DNA of 54,885 nt from Octopus bimaculoides (taxonomy: Eukaryota), in assembly GCF_001194135.2 (NCBI RefSeq), contig NC_068991.1:40782461-40837345 (forward strand). The letters run 5' to 3'. Made by a program: the position numbers and the translations under genes. Positions 27,201 to 39,738 of this stretch are shown one piece after another (position 1 is the first letter of the stretch; every line of letters begins with the position of its first letter). The notes below the pieces were generated by a model. The model saw only the letters and a program-made list of their open reading frames with translations, made no database searches and was not told where the DNA came from.

Positions 27201-30200
27201 ATGATGGCAGCCATTTTTCTAGTTTAGTCATTTTTGACCACAGTGTGACGGAGGAGGATTGTGTTTTTGAGACTCGCTGTTGTTATTACAATTATTATTA
27301 TTGTTGAAGTGACTTACGTGTGTTCGTTATTCACTACTGTTATTGTTTTTGCTGTTTTTCTCCCCGTTGTGAGTGAGAAAAGGCTTAGCTTTTCCTATCA
27401 TGGAAAGCTATGCAAGGATTGCTGCAGCAAAGGCAGCTGCACTGTTGGAAGCAAGGCAGATGGAGGTTGACATGGAGGAGGTTTTGAGAGGTGAACAACT
27501 TAAGCAGAGGGTGGGAGACACTATCTATCCACAGGAGACAGTGAAGGATGGGAGCGACGAGACGGTGGTGTACCGCACACAAGCGGTTGCCATCAGCAGG
27601 ATGGAAAGGTTGTCGGAGGACGATGTTGAAGAGTATCTGGGAGATGTAACAAGGAAGGCTACTTTTATTGGCAGAGGAGGAGGTGCAGCGCAGTGGAGGT
27701 GAGGTTTGCCACCAAAGATGGGGCGGTCTCACATTCCACCACCATTCTGGGTTCAAGCAGGGTAGTGCTGTTGCCCACGTATGGGGGAGGGCACAGCGTT
27801 CGAGTCAGAGTGGCAAGAGTGCTGCCTGAAATCAAGACAGAGTGGTTGGTGGCAGCTGTTCTGGCTGCCACTGAGGACAGTCTAGAACTGGGACTGATGG
27901 GAGAGACAAATACGTTAAACTGGTGGGGATTTGGTGTAGAGATATGGCTTTTTTCCACATTTGGGGACATAGGGCAAGTCCCCTACCAGATTGAGATTGC
28001 AGAGGAAGGTGTGCTGAAGGTTGTTGTAGAGGGACGACAACCCAATTGTTGTATATGTGGAGTGAGGGGTCATGTGAAGATGCAGTGCCCCAGGTTTGAG
28101 CATGCTCAGAGCGAGAAGGTAGGGGAAGGGGAGCAGGAAAAGGAGATGGGAGAGCTGAAACAGGGAAGGAGAGAGCTGAAACAGGGAAGGAGAGAGCTGA
28201 AACAGGGAAGGAGAGAGCTGAAACGGGGAAGGACAGCGGCGATGTTAAGTGTGGCAGTGATGCAAAGGAGAAGGAAGGGATTGAGGTAAGAGGTAGAGAA
28301 AGGGAATGATGGGTTTGTCAGCCCCAAAGGAGGAAGGAAGGCTAGGACAGGAGAGTATTCACAGGGACCAGCAATAGAAGCCAAGAGGAGGCCACAAAGG
28401 GGTGAGGAACAACCTAAACCTGAAAGTATGCAAGCAGTGGGAAGAGAAGCAACAGGGGAAGAGGAATGTAATTGTAAGGGATTCCTGATGGTCTGCGAAA
28501 GGAGTGTGGAGGTGGAGAGAAGAATGGCGGAGTGGAAGGGACTGGTGAGGATGAGGCTGTCCAGAGAGGAGTTTGACGGAGATGATAGAGGAGCTCTGGT
28601 GTGGGACAGGGGATTTTGATGGATTTGTGGATGCATTCGGTGGATTGGTAAGTGTGATGGACAGGATATGGTTGCATGAAACTCCGCCGTCTGTAGTGGA
28701 ATATGAACAGTAGAGGGAAAAAAAAGAGGAAAGACTGTCAAAAAATCATGTATAAATGTAATCATTCAACTCAAGGGGTCAAGTGGGCACTGTGCTTCAT
28801 TTTTATCGTTCTTTCCTAATTTCATTCGTTTCTTTTATTTTTTCTTCTTTACTCAATTTCCTTTTTGCAATTTTTAATTGGGAAAAATTAGTCGGCTAGC
28901 AACTCAGCACCTAGAGAGGCAAGTCGATGCCTTCAGACAGCATCGTAGGACGTTGGATGGAGGGCCAAATTAAGTTGCTAGGGTTCTGGTTTGGTTTGGA
29001 CCTCCAGGTAGAGAAGAACTGGGCTGAGGTTTCGAGCAGGGTAGCTCACATAGTCAGGACCTGATCTTGGCGGTGACTGTCCCTGAAAGGGAAGGCAGAG
29101 GTGGCCAATGTGTTCATCGCATCCATCACTGCCTACCGCCTAACCGTCATTCCTTGCCCAGATTTGAGGTTGATCAGGTTGGAAAGACAGCTCTTTTGCT
29201 TTATGTGGAAGGGCTCGAAGCCAGTTGTAAAACGTTCTATTTGCTGTCAAAGACCGTTAAAGGGACGACTAGGGATGCTCTGGCCATTGAGGAGCAAACA
29301 TGCACTGAGGTTGAGGCATCTCTGGATTCTTCTGGATGGTGAACGGGAAACCTAGTGCTTTTGTAGATCTTGGTTGAGTGAGTGACATATGGAATGTCGC
29401 AAGGTCCTCTTGTTATTCCGTTGCTCGGGTAATTAAATTTTAGTCTATTAGATATAGCATAGGTTTAGTGGCTAGAGAGTGTAAGCGGGAAGAAGATATA
29501 GTTAAGGCCCTATAGGAAGTCATGAGGACTGGCAGTGCATCCCAGGTGAAGATGAAGAGACTGGAACTTAACCAGCACCTCGAAACCAAGCACATTCGCG
29601 CAGTGGGCTGCGAGGGAATCAAGGCTGCTGGATGGGCCCCCGAGAGGTGGAAACCCAATGTGGATATTGATTCCATAGTTTGATCTTTGGTCAACCAACA
29701 AGGTGAATTGATAAACGAACCTGAGGAGATTTGTAAGACCTTTCAGGAGTACTTTGCCCAGCTTAGCTTTTCCAGGGTGGGGGTCGATGGACTGGATAGT
29801 AGGTTGGACCTTACAGACTTCTTTGCTGGGCTGCCACATCTCTCGGTGTAGGATATGGAGTGCTGTGAAGGGTTGATCACACCTGAGGAAGTGATAGAGA
29901 CTATGAAGGATATAGGTAAGGTACCGGGTTTTGATGGTCTGCCTTATGAATTGTATAAGATTCATGTTTGGGCAAGTTGGAGAGACAGATCTTCCACTTC
30001 TTGTGGAAGGCCTCGACTCCACTTGTGAGACTTTCTATCTGCTGTCAAAAACCGTTAAAGGGTGGACTAGGGATGCCTTGGCTGTTGATGTGCAAACATG
30101 CGCTGAGGTTGAGACATCTTTGGCTCCTCTGGATGGTGAATGGGTGTGGTCTCTGCTGGCGAAACGGATGTTTCCCAGGTTCACTAGTTTTGTCGGATGG

Positions 30201-31110
30201 GAAAACTGGTTCCATCGAAGATCGAAGTTGGGTACATGGTACACAGAGTGTTGTAAGGCTCTCCTGCTTTTCTGTCACTCAGGCAATGCCAGTGGTTTTG
30301 GTACAACCGCATACTTTTATAGCAGGTTGGTAGAGTCTGGTTGTGATGATGCCCTAGGGAAGACCCTGGGTCTGGATAATAATCAACTGGACAGTTTGTT
30401 CCAATGGACGTTCGGGCCGAAGACATTGGATAACTTTGGAGCCTTACCCGTTCGGGATAAGCTTACTAGACATGGTCATCCCAGCCCATCAGCCTGTCCA
30501 ACATGCGAGCAGGATAGGGAAACCATCCTGCACTCTATTGTTCAGTGTCCAGAAGTGTCAAAAGTGTGGGCTTATGCAGAACACCTGTTATCTGACACAA
30601 GAAGAGTACAGCTGTCGTCTGAATCAATTATAAAAATTGACCCACCTGATTTTCTAACAAAAGAAGGTAAGAATTGTTTTCTCATGGTAGTAGCAATCGC
30701 GAGAGAGGTGATATGGAAGTCGAGAATGAAAGGAATGGCAACAGGCAATTTCATCTCTGTTCTGGGGCCAGTGAGTTTTTTCACTTTTCACCTGAAAAGG
30801 AAATGCCTGTCAGAGAAATGTTCAAAAATAGATGAAAGTGTGTGGCATGAGTGCTGAGCATGAAAGATACCTCGTGAACATGCCATAGACCTTATCACAA
30901 GTATCGGTGGTGGGACAGGGCTTGTGGAGTTGGAGCATAATCCCATTTCATCACCTCATTTGTTTTGTCTTTTGTTCGTCTATCATTCATTTTACATATT
31001 TTTATATATTTAATTTTTAAATGCATCTCAATGTTTTTTCATCCATTTCCTCTGACCCCGAAGATTAGATTGTATTGTCCCCGCTATGTTGGCCCCTTGT
31101 GGGCAATAAA
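27201..31110 (+). mobile_element. Tx1/L1-clade copy B (ORF1 with CCHC knuckle; rearranged ORF2)
   Basis: ORF1 27373-28289 is frameshifted and contains CCICGVRGHVKMQC. ORF2 pieces include GKVPGFDGLPYELY and CPTCEQDRETILHSIVQC. 3' end matches copy A. Confidence 0.9.
28149..28233 (+). repeat. Four 21-bp tandem units (GAGAGCTGAAACAGGGAAGGA) encoding ELKQGRR in Tx1 ORF1
   Basis: Seen directly. Confidence 0.9.
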
Positions 31111-31445
31111 ATGATGGCAGCCACCAAGGAATACATCATCTTGATGATGGGGACATTACATATATGGAAGTTTTAATTTTTAACCCTGACCGGTAATGTA
31201 CCCCTGAAACGGCCGTAGATGGAACACCCTCCTATTTTTCGGAACCTTTTTATTTACTGTTCTTAACCTTGACATCTTGTGTCACTTTTATCTCATATTT
31301 TAGATGTATTAGAAATTTTAGACAATTTAGGCGGTCTGCCATTTTCATTCCTATATTTATCAACCTCTCATTTGCTTTGTGCCCCCTATATTTATCATGT
31401 ATGACTTTTTACATGTAATCCTTATTGATATGTAATTTTACATGT

Positions 31446-32070
31446 AAAGTTGCAGAAAGTGTATGGAGAGGAGTGCATGAGTTGCAAACAAGTGTATGAA
31501 TGGTTCAGATGTTTCCAAGATGGCCGGAAAATATCGATATTGACAGACATTCTGGGAGACTCGCAACCAGCAGAAGTGAGAAAAACATTGCAGATGTGCA
31601 TGCAGCTGTGAGGGGAAATCGTTGAATCACCATTCGTGAGTTATCAGAGGATGTGCAGATTAGTTACGGTTCAGTTCAGACCATTATCACTGAAGATTTG
31701 GGTATGAACTGTGTATCTGCCAAGTTTGTGCCAAAACTGTTTTCAGATGACCAAAAAGACACTTGGAGTTTAGTTGGACAAGATCTCCTTGATTGTTTTG
31801 AGACCAATGAAAACTGTTTGAAAACTTTGCATAGGCCTCTGAACAGGTTTTGCCAAACTCTTGCCAAAATTTGATGCAGGTTCTCTGGTCAACTTTCTCT
31901 GTCATGGTCAATGTAATGATCATATGTTACACACATTCCTTCCAAGCACTGCTGTAAACGGTGGAAGTGAGCTAGAACGTTAAAACTTAGTGCGCATGCA
32001 CAGCAGAGTTCAATGTCAATTTGTGCCAAGCGGCTTTACACTGCATGCTTTAGCTTCATTACTATGCCAA
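31446..32070. mobile_element. Mariner 5' fragment with internal inversion
   Basis: Minus strand MTEKVDQRTCIKFWQEFGKTCSEAYAK continues as plus-strand LQKVYGEECMSCKQVYEWFR...VSAKFVPKL. Confidence 0.8.
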
Positions 32071-32139
32071 CAGTGTGGATACCTATAGATCAGACCACAT
32101 ATATACACACAGACACACACAGGGTGCGGTGAATAAACT

Positions 32140-32950
32140 ATCATCTAAATTACGCAAAAATGAAAATAACACTGATTTTAACAGATATATTTACCAAAAT
32201 ATATTAAAATATCTTGAAATACTAAAGAGAAATTTATTCAAACTCGCCACAAAATTCAACCATGGCCTCCAGACGACTTCGGAATCTCCTGCAACTTGGA
32301 CAATCTTGTTTAAGTTGGTAAATGTTGCCATAATCCTTGCCTTCAGTTCATCTTTGGTGTTACAAGAAGTTTTTTTGGTCTCTCGCTCAATTGCGCCCCA
32401 CACATAATAATCAAGGGGGTTGCAGTCTGGGGAGTTAGGTGGCCAGATGTTAGGGGTGATGTGGTCGTAGAAATTGTCTGACAGCCATGACTGGGTTCTC
32501 TTGCTTTTGTGGCATGATGCAGAGTCCTGTTGTCAGACACAGGGTCTTCCAGCAGCCACCCTCTTGACTTGGGACAGCACTACCTCCTCCAGGCACTTGA
32601 TGTAGGACTTCATGTTGAGTCTGAGGCTGTGTGGGTAGCATATTGTTGCCATCACCAGTGATCACTGCAAACACCAAGATGTTGGCTGAATGTTTGGGTT
32701 TTATTACTCTCAGCATTGACACTGAAACACTCTGAAATGTTTGTACTGGAGCTTCCGGCACGAATGCCAAGCAGTACAGCATGTCATTTCCAAACTTCTA
32801 GCAGAGTGAATTGCGTAATAGTGCTGTTTTCCGCACAGACAGTGCCCAACTGACCCTACCATACTGTGTAGTTGACAAAAATCAAAAACAATGTGCATGC
32901 ATGAAATTAAAAATATAAAACGGCAACAATTTGCACATCACAGCCCATAT
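32140..32950 (-). mobile_element. maT/ITm DD37D transposon remnant
   Basis: QQDSASCH...WPPNSPDCNPLDYYVWG with 37 residues counted between the Asp residues; imperfect TIRs near 32140 and 32945. Confidence 0.85.
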
Positions 32951-33249
32951 ATATATATATATATATANNNNNNNNNNTGTATTTCTTCTATCTTAATGAA
33001 TAAAAATTCTTCTGATAGAATAAATGGGTTAATAGAAACCAATGTAGCAAAGAACATAAAATAACTGTGGTTTAGTTCCTGTTTTTAAGGCAGGAACTCC
33101 TTGAAATTTTGGGTATTTGAGTATATTTAAGAATTTATATATATATAATGCAGAGGATCTGAGAAGACAGGAAAGAAATGAAGCAAGCATGCTCCATTGG
33201 ATGTGCAATGTAAATGAGCATGAACAACAAAGTACAAATGCATTGAGAA

Positions 33250-33410
33250 AAAAATCTAAGCACAAGAGGAATCAGATGTAGTTGCCAACCACTTAATGTG
33301 GCTGGAGCTTCCAGAAGAGGGAGACCCAGAAAAACATGGTATAAAGTGGTGAAGGCTGATCTTAGGACCTTGAACCTTACAGAAGTGATGACAAAGAATC
33401 TCAAGAAAAC
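33250..33410 (+). mobile_element. RTE C-terminal fragment
   Basis: RRGRPRKTWYKVVKADLRTLNL. Confidence 0.7.
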
Positions 33411-36400
33411 CTCAGTGGAACTGAGTTCTGATGGAGGTGTGTGTGTGTGTATTTGCACAGGTGGGCCCTTCACCCAATTTCCTTCCTCCTCAGGACACCT
33501 TTACCACCCATCATCTCATTAACTGCAGCTTTTCTTTGGTATCACTTATTTTCTTACTACTCAGAACCATTTCATTTGTTAGCCACTCTTCATCCATTAA
33601 TACTGTTCTCTTCACTTACACTCTCATTTACCACTACTCCCACAGAATCAACAATTATCTCTCCTTCCCCACCTCCATATATTTCTCAGCTTCTTCATGC
33701 ACTATGCCTGCCTCTCTCTTCCCCACATACTCCTATAACCTATCCATCACCCTTCTCTCGTCCTTCCCCTGTCTACTGTTTCATCATTACTATTCTGCTG
33801 CTAAGCACTGTCAGTCATCTCCTCTCCCACCTCATTGTTTTCTGGCTCTGCTCAATCACTTCTATCCTCTCATCTAAAATATGAGTAGTCATATAGCTCA
33901 TCTACAGCAAGAAACCTGTTCTGCTCTGGACCCTTTTCTCTTGCCTTTACCACTTATCTCCTCATATGAAATAGCCCCCAGCCTTACTAGTGCTGGTGAC
34001 ATGAAAAAAAAGCACTCAGCACACTCTATATAGTGGTTGGCATTAGCAAAGGCACTCAGCTGTTGAAAGCATGCTAAAGTAGACACTAGAGCACAATACA
34101 GTCTTTAGGTCCATTGGATCCAACCCACACCAACATAGACGTTAAATGATGATGATCATCATCATATATTGTAATCTAAGAGATGTTACATTGATGACCT
34201 TTCCATGTAGATTAAGCATATCAATCAGTACAAAGCAGTCACACTTATATATTTATGCCTCACATACAAAACTTTAAAATTGAAATATAATTAAAATAAT
34301 TTTAGCATTAAAAAAAAGAAAAACATAAGCATCAATTTTGTTTTTCATAGACGAAAAGTATCTATTTTAATTGAACAAATTGGGGAGAATTTTAAAACAC
34401 ATTTTTCTGTGAAGGATAAATATTTGATATTTCAATGTCTGCTTCAATTATGTTGACCTTTCAGTGTTTTTCTACATTTTAATATTTGAGTAACATTAAA
34501 CATTAAGGCAGCGAACTGGTAGAATCATTAGCACATCAGTCAAAATGTTTAACAGCATTTTGTCCATCTTTACATTCTGAATTCAAATTCTGCCAGGGTC
34601 GACTCTGCCGTTTGTCCTTTCAGAGTCAATAAAATAAGTACCAGTTGAGCACTGAGGTCAATGTAATCAACTTAGCCCCACCTCTGAAATGGCTGGTCAT
34701 GTGCCAAAACTTGAAACGAATATTTAAGTAGCGTTTTGAGCATTTAATTGTCAGTTGATGACTTTACCACATTCCATTTAAATATGATTATGCAAGACAT
34801 AAAATGTTATGAACAAAATGTTTAAGCAGGTAAATTCACTTTTATTGAAAGCTTTCTGAAGTTTAATGACAAATGTATCAAAGAATTTTCATAAATGCTG
34901 AAATGTATTCAAACTTGTTTCAGCCTAAATTCCAATTTTTTATTAGTAAATCAGGTCAGATGTAATGTTCAGGGCCTTTGCAAGCCTTCACAGACTGGTG
35001 AGATTGATGAACAGTTAAATCTATGTTACTGTTGTACTGGATTCCTGTTATTCTGAGGTTATTAGCAATAATGTAATCTAAGAGCTATACATTTTAAATA
35101 CTTGTTGATCTAGTACAAACTGGTAGAAATTTAAGCTATTGTAGCTGTCATGGAAACAATAGCATTATCAAAGATAGGGTTTTCATTAGGAACAGTATGG
35201 CCAAACGATTAAGATGTTCACTGTTATTTTCTACAACCTCGGATCAACCATCACCCCATGACTGAAATTGGGTAGATGAAAACTGCATAGAAGCCTGTCA
35301 GTAGATTATACCTGTAATTCAAATGGTACAGCTTCATCGCACACACTATATTATGCTGATTCTACCAGAGAATTAAATTAAGGGTAAATGTGTCAAATAC
35401 TCAGACACTTACACTTTAATTTAGGAACAGGTTACTCGTTTGATCAAACACCTGAATCATTATCAACAAATGGCAGAGACCAACTAATGCACATATAATA
35501 TATATATATATATATACATATATACTAGCATACCTGTGTCATCAAATATGCAGAGTTTTATTAATGATAAAAAATGAGAAAAACCATTAATAAATGTCAG
35601 CAATCTAGTAAATATATGTACATACAAAGAATTGAAGCACTTGAACAATCAGATACGATTGTAACGTCTCGGTTGAAAATATTCGCCCACATAATGTGTG
35701 AATACACACACACACACACACACACCTGTACATTTACATATATATGTACATATAAATACACACACACAGGCCACCACAAAGTATATTAACCTACATTTAT
35801 ATATACATATAAATGCATAGACATATCTCTCTCTCTCTCGTAGAGACACACACACTCATATATACAAATATGCATACATATTTATACTCATATTCATATA
35901 CACCTACAGATGTGCATGGATATACATGTGTGTATGCATGTGTGAGTATATGAATGTGTATGTATGCATGTATGTTTGTTTACATTTTTTCGAAATCAGT
36001 AAAATATGTTATCCTTTACACTTGGAAAAGGAAATAAGGCCTTGGGTAAAAGATGGAAAATGGACTAAAGAAAAAAGAGAAAAATGAAAGTACATAACTA
36101 TATNNNNNNNNNNNNNNNNNNNNNNNNNNNNNNNNNNNNNNNNNNNNNNNNNNNNNNNNNNNNNNNNNNNNNNNNNNNNNNNNNNNNNNNNNNNNNNNNN
36201 NNNNNNNNNNNNNNNNNNNNNNNNNNNNNNNNNNNNNNNNNNNNNNNNNNNNNNNNNNNNNNNNNNNNNNNNNNNNNNNNNNNNNNNNNNNNNNNNNNNN
36301 NNNNNNNNNNNNNNNNNNNNNNNNNNNNNNNNNNNNNNNNNNNNNNNNNNNNNNNNNNNNNNNNNNNNNNNNNNNNNNNNNNNNNNNNNNNNNNNNNNNN

Positions 36401-37699
36401 NNNNNNNNNNNNNNNNNNNNNNNNNNNNNNNNNNNNNNNNNNNNNNNNNNNNNNNNNNNNNNNNNNNNNNNNNNNNNNNNNNNNNNNNNNNNNNNNNNNN
36501 NNNNNNNNNNNNNNNNNNNNNNNNNNNNNNNNNNNNNNNNNNNNNNNNNNNNNNNNNNNNNNNNNNNNNNNNNNNNNNNNNNNNNNNNNNNNNNNNNNNN
36601 NNNNNNNNNNNNNNNNNNNNNNNNNNNNNNNNNNNNNNNNNNNNNNNNNNNNNNNNNNNNNNNNNNNNNNNNNNNNNNNNNNNNNNNNNNNNNNNNNNNN
36701 NNNNNNNNNNNNNNNNNNNNNNNNNNNNNNNNNNNNNNNNNNNNNNNNNNNNNNNNNNNNNNNNNNNATATATATAGCGGTAGTAGCGTCAATTAGACCC
36801 AGAGGTTTCAGGTAATGCTGAATAAGTGCTATGGATAGACTATAGTTGGGCTCCAGGTTCAGTTATTATGCGAATAAGGGGTCCAACGTAGGTCATAGAT
36901 CAGCATGTGTAGTAAATCCATATATATATATATATATATATATTATATAGGTATGTTGGTGCAAACAGGGAAAATAGAACTCAAAATATGAGTATATGTA
37001 TATATTTATTAATATTTAGCAGAAGTAACAGGGTGACTCAAATTTTTGTGCATTATCAACTTCTGCTAAATATTGATAAATATATATTATCATTTACATA
37101 ACATTTATATATGTTATGTGAATGATAATATTTTGAAAACAAAAGTGTTTAATATTTAATTTCATATATATATTTGTGTGTGTGTGAAACTAATAAAGTA
37201 CATACAATTTACGATAAAAATTTTCAGTTTTTTAATAAATCATTAAAATATCATTGTCATTAGAGCAAAATCTTTGAATGTTGTTCGTCTGCTTTAGCAT
37301 CTGTGATTGTCAACCACTCCCAATCTGTTAGTTGTTTTACCCTTCTTTCCGTAGCATGACCAATGGGATATACATTGCGTCTTATTATATGTATGTGTGT
37401 GTGCACATGTATGTGTATATATATATGTGTGTATGTGTGTGTGTGTGTGTGTGTGTAAGTATGTATATGCGTGTGTATGTACATGTGTATATATATGTAT
37501 GTATGTCATTATTCAGTTTATTTCAAGATTTCTTGCCAATAAAGAAAGAGCTGGTTTCTAACCTAGAACCAAGGCTCCTTCATTGGAATTTCAACATCAA
37601 CAACAGGGTATTTTTGTTTGTATGTATGTCTTCTTCTGCATATACTTGCATATCTAGACAACCTCATATATACTTATAAGATAAATTTCTGGAAAGTTT

Positions 37700-37850
37700 T
37701 ACAGATTTTTAGAGTTCCAGTGGTGGCTTGAATCTCTAGACTTCAAATCAGCTTTCTTCTTTCTGGTTTTGAGAAGCCTAATTTCTCAAGATTGGTATTT
37801 AGGCAGTTGTTACATACCCTAGTGCCCCAATAATTACAGGTATAAATACA
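37700..37850 (-). mobile_element. Short RLE-type LINE C-terminal fragment
   Basis: Minus strand reads FIPVIIGALGYVTT..LRKLGF. Confidence 0.6.
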
Positions 37851-39738
37851 TGTGTGTGTGTGTGTGTATGTAAGAATGCATGCATGCATTTTCTTGTTCA
37901 GTAAAAATTTCTTTCAAAATATTTAAACGTGCTGCATGTTCTGCTTATTATGTATTGAGTATGCCAATCACGATGTGAGGCCTATTAGTGATAAACAATG
38001 AAAACTTGCATGATTCTAAATTTAAGGCAATTTCTTTTTAAAAAACAAATACTACTCCTTTTCATTAGTCACATTGTCAATCTCACAAGATGTAACAAAA
38101 TGCAAACTTATACTTTATTTACTGGAAAGAGTTCAGTTATCCAAAAGAAACATTGCATTAAGAATCATAACAACAGAAATATCGATGATGAAGTTTTAAA
38201 TAATAATCCATTTCTTAAACAGCTAAAAAAATTGATTTCTAAGGAAAAGGATGTGAGATTATATGCTGTGCTTTTCTCAAGACAAACTGTTGACAAACAA
38301 AGTCAAATCAGTTAACAACTGTAAATAAAAATCAAGCGATTTAATTGGTAAAATAGATTGATAGTGCTTTCTCCATATAAAACCTATGTGTGGGCCTCAA
38401 TGTGGTTGCTCAACCTGATAAAATAGCAACCAAATCTCCTCCATATTATACCCTGTTCTCTTAAATGAAGGACACATTATATAATGTAATCATCTTAGAT
38501 GCACTATGCTTGATATATGCACGGAGAGTCATGGCTGATGCCTTTCATCAGAATTATTCTGCTTGATCAAAGCAAATAACAAAACAATAAAAATGGTGTC
38601 AAGAATTTGTTAATACTAAATATTTTGATACACCAAAGATTTGACACAACTATTAAAAAGACTCAATTTCTCTAAAAAAAAAAAACAATCATCACCTACC
38701 CTATGTGAAACTAATAAAACATATTTAGAAAAATGAATGTTATTTAGGTTGAGTATTTGCAAAATTAAACACTGTAGTACAGCTGAAAGGGTGTAACCTA
38801 TTAATATTACAAAAATAAATTCAATAAAGTTAATATAAAAGCAATTTTCTTTTTTTAACTCTGAAAATGGAATATTACTCTCTGACTAAAGAACAACCAT
38901 GATTGTTTGGTTTTAGGTTGGCCAGTATTGAACAGATCTATGATTCTAACTATTAACTATCCTACCTTTTCACAAACAATGCATATTGGTGGATGGTAGA
39001 ATTCTGATGATGACAGGGATACAGTTGTTTGATGAGCTAAGTGGGTGAGCATTCCACAGACATGGATATCTTTAAAGTAATTCTCAGGCAGAATAAGTGT
39101 GACACAGGCTTCTACAGTTTCCAACTACTTATATTTATTCACAGATTATAAGCTGACCTGAGGTTAGAAAATGACATTTGCTCAAAATACCATATAGTGG
39201 AATCAAACCTGAGAACTTGTGGTTGTAAAGCAAACCTTTCACATATACTACTCCTACAAACAGTGTATATAGAGCTCTACATCATCCAAATGCATCCTTT
39301 CTTTAAGACAGAGGTTATGATTTGAAAAAGGTTTTGATGTTTTTTCTAGCAAGATGAGCAACCACAAAAAGGCTCTTTCAGCTATTGTGGCTACATTACA
39401 CATGAATGGATCACAAAACAAGAATTTGTTTTTTTACTTACAGCATATTTTGTGTTATTTCTGAAGCAACGGGAAATAATATTTATTTGTTTAATGTATT
39501 AGAAAATTATTACAGATCGACCTTGTTCCCCTTCGAATGATATATTTAACCGATCTACAACAACTTTCTTTAACAAGAAACTAATAAATTAATTATTTCT
39601 TATGTTTTCTGGAGGTAGAATGTTACTTTCATTTGTTCAAGTATCCATGTCTTAATCCATTTCCTGTACAAGACTCAACAAGTGATTAATTAAAATAAAT
39701 TTGTAATTTGCACAAGTATGAGGTTTTAAATGTCATCA

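Noticed and set aside
27190-27212. Resemblance of AAGAATCAAGT to U2 snRNA (AAGATCAAGTG), the target of Keno-type Tx1 elements
   Set aside because: The match is under 10 nt and diverges immediately; no other U2 sequence flanks the array.
28106-28765. 219-aa minus-strand ORF
   Set aside because: Antisense shadow of the purine-rich Tx1 ORF1 region; no motif support.
33431-33884. Two ~148-aa Ser/Leu/Pro-rich ORFs
   Set aside because: Pyrimidine-rich strand of probable LINE debris; composition explains the lack of stops.
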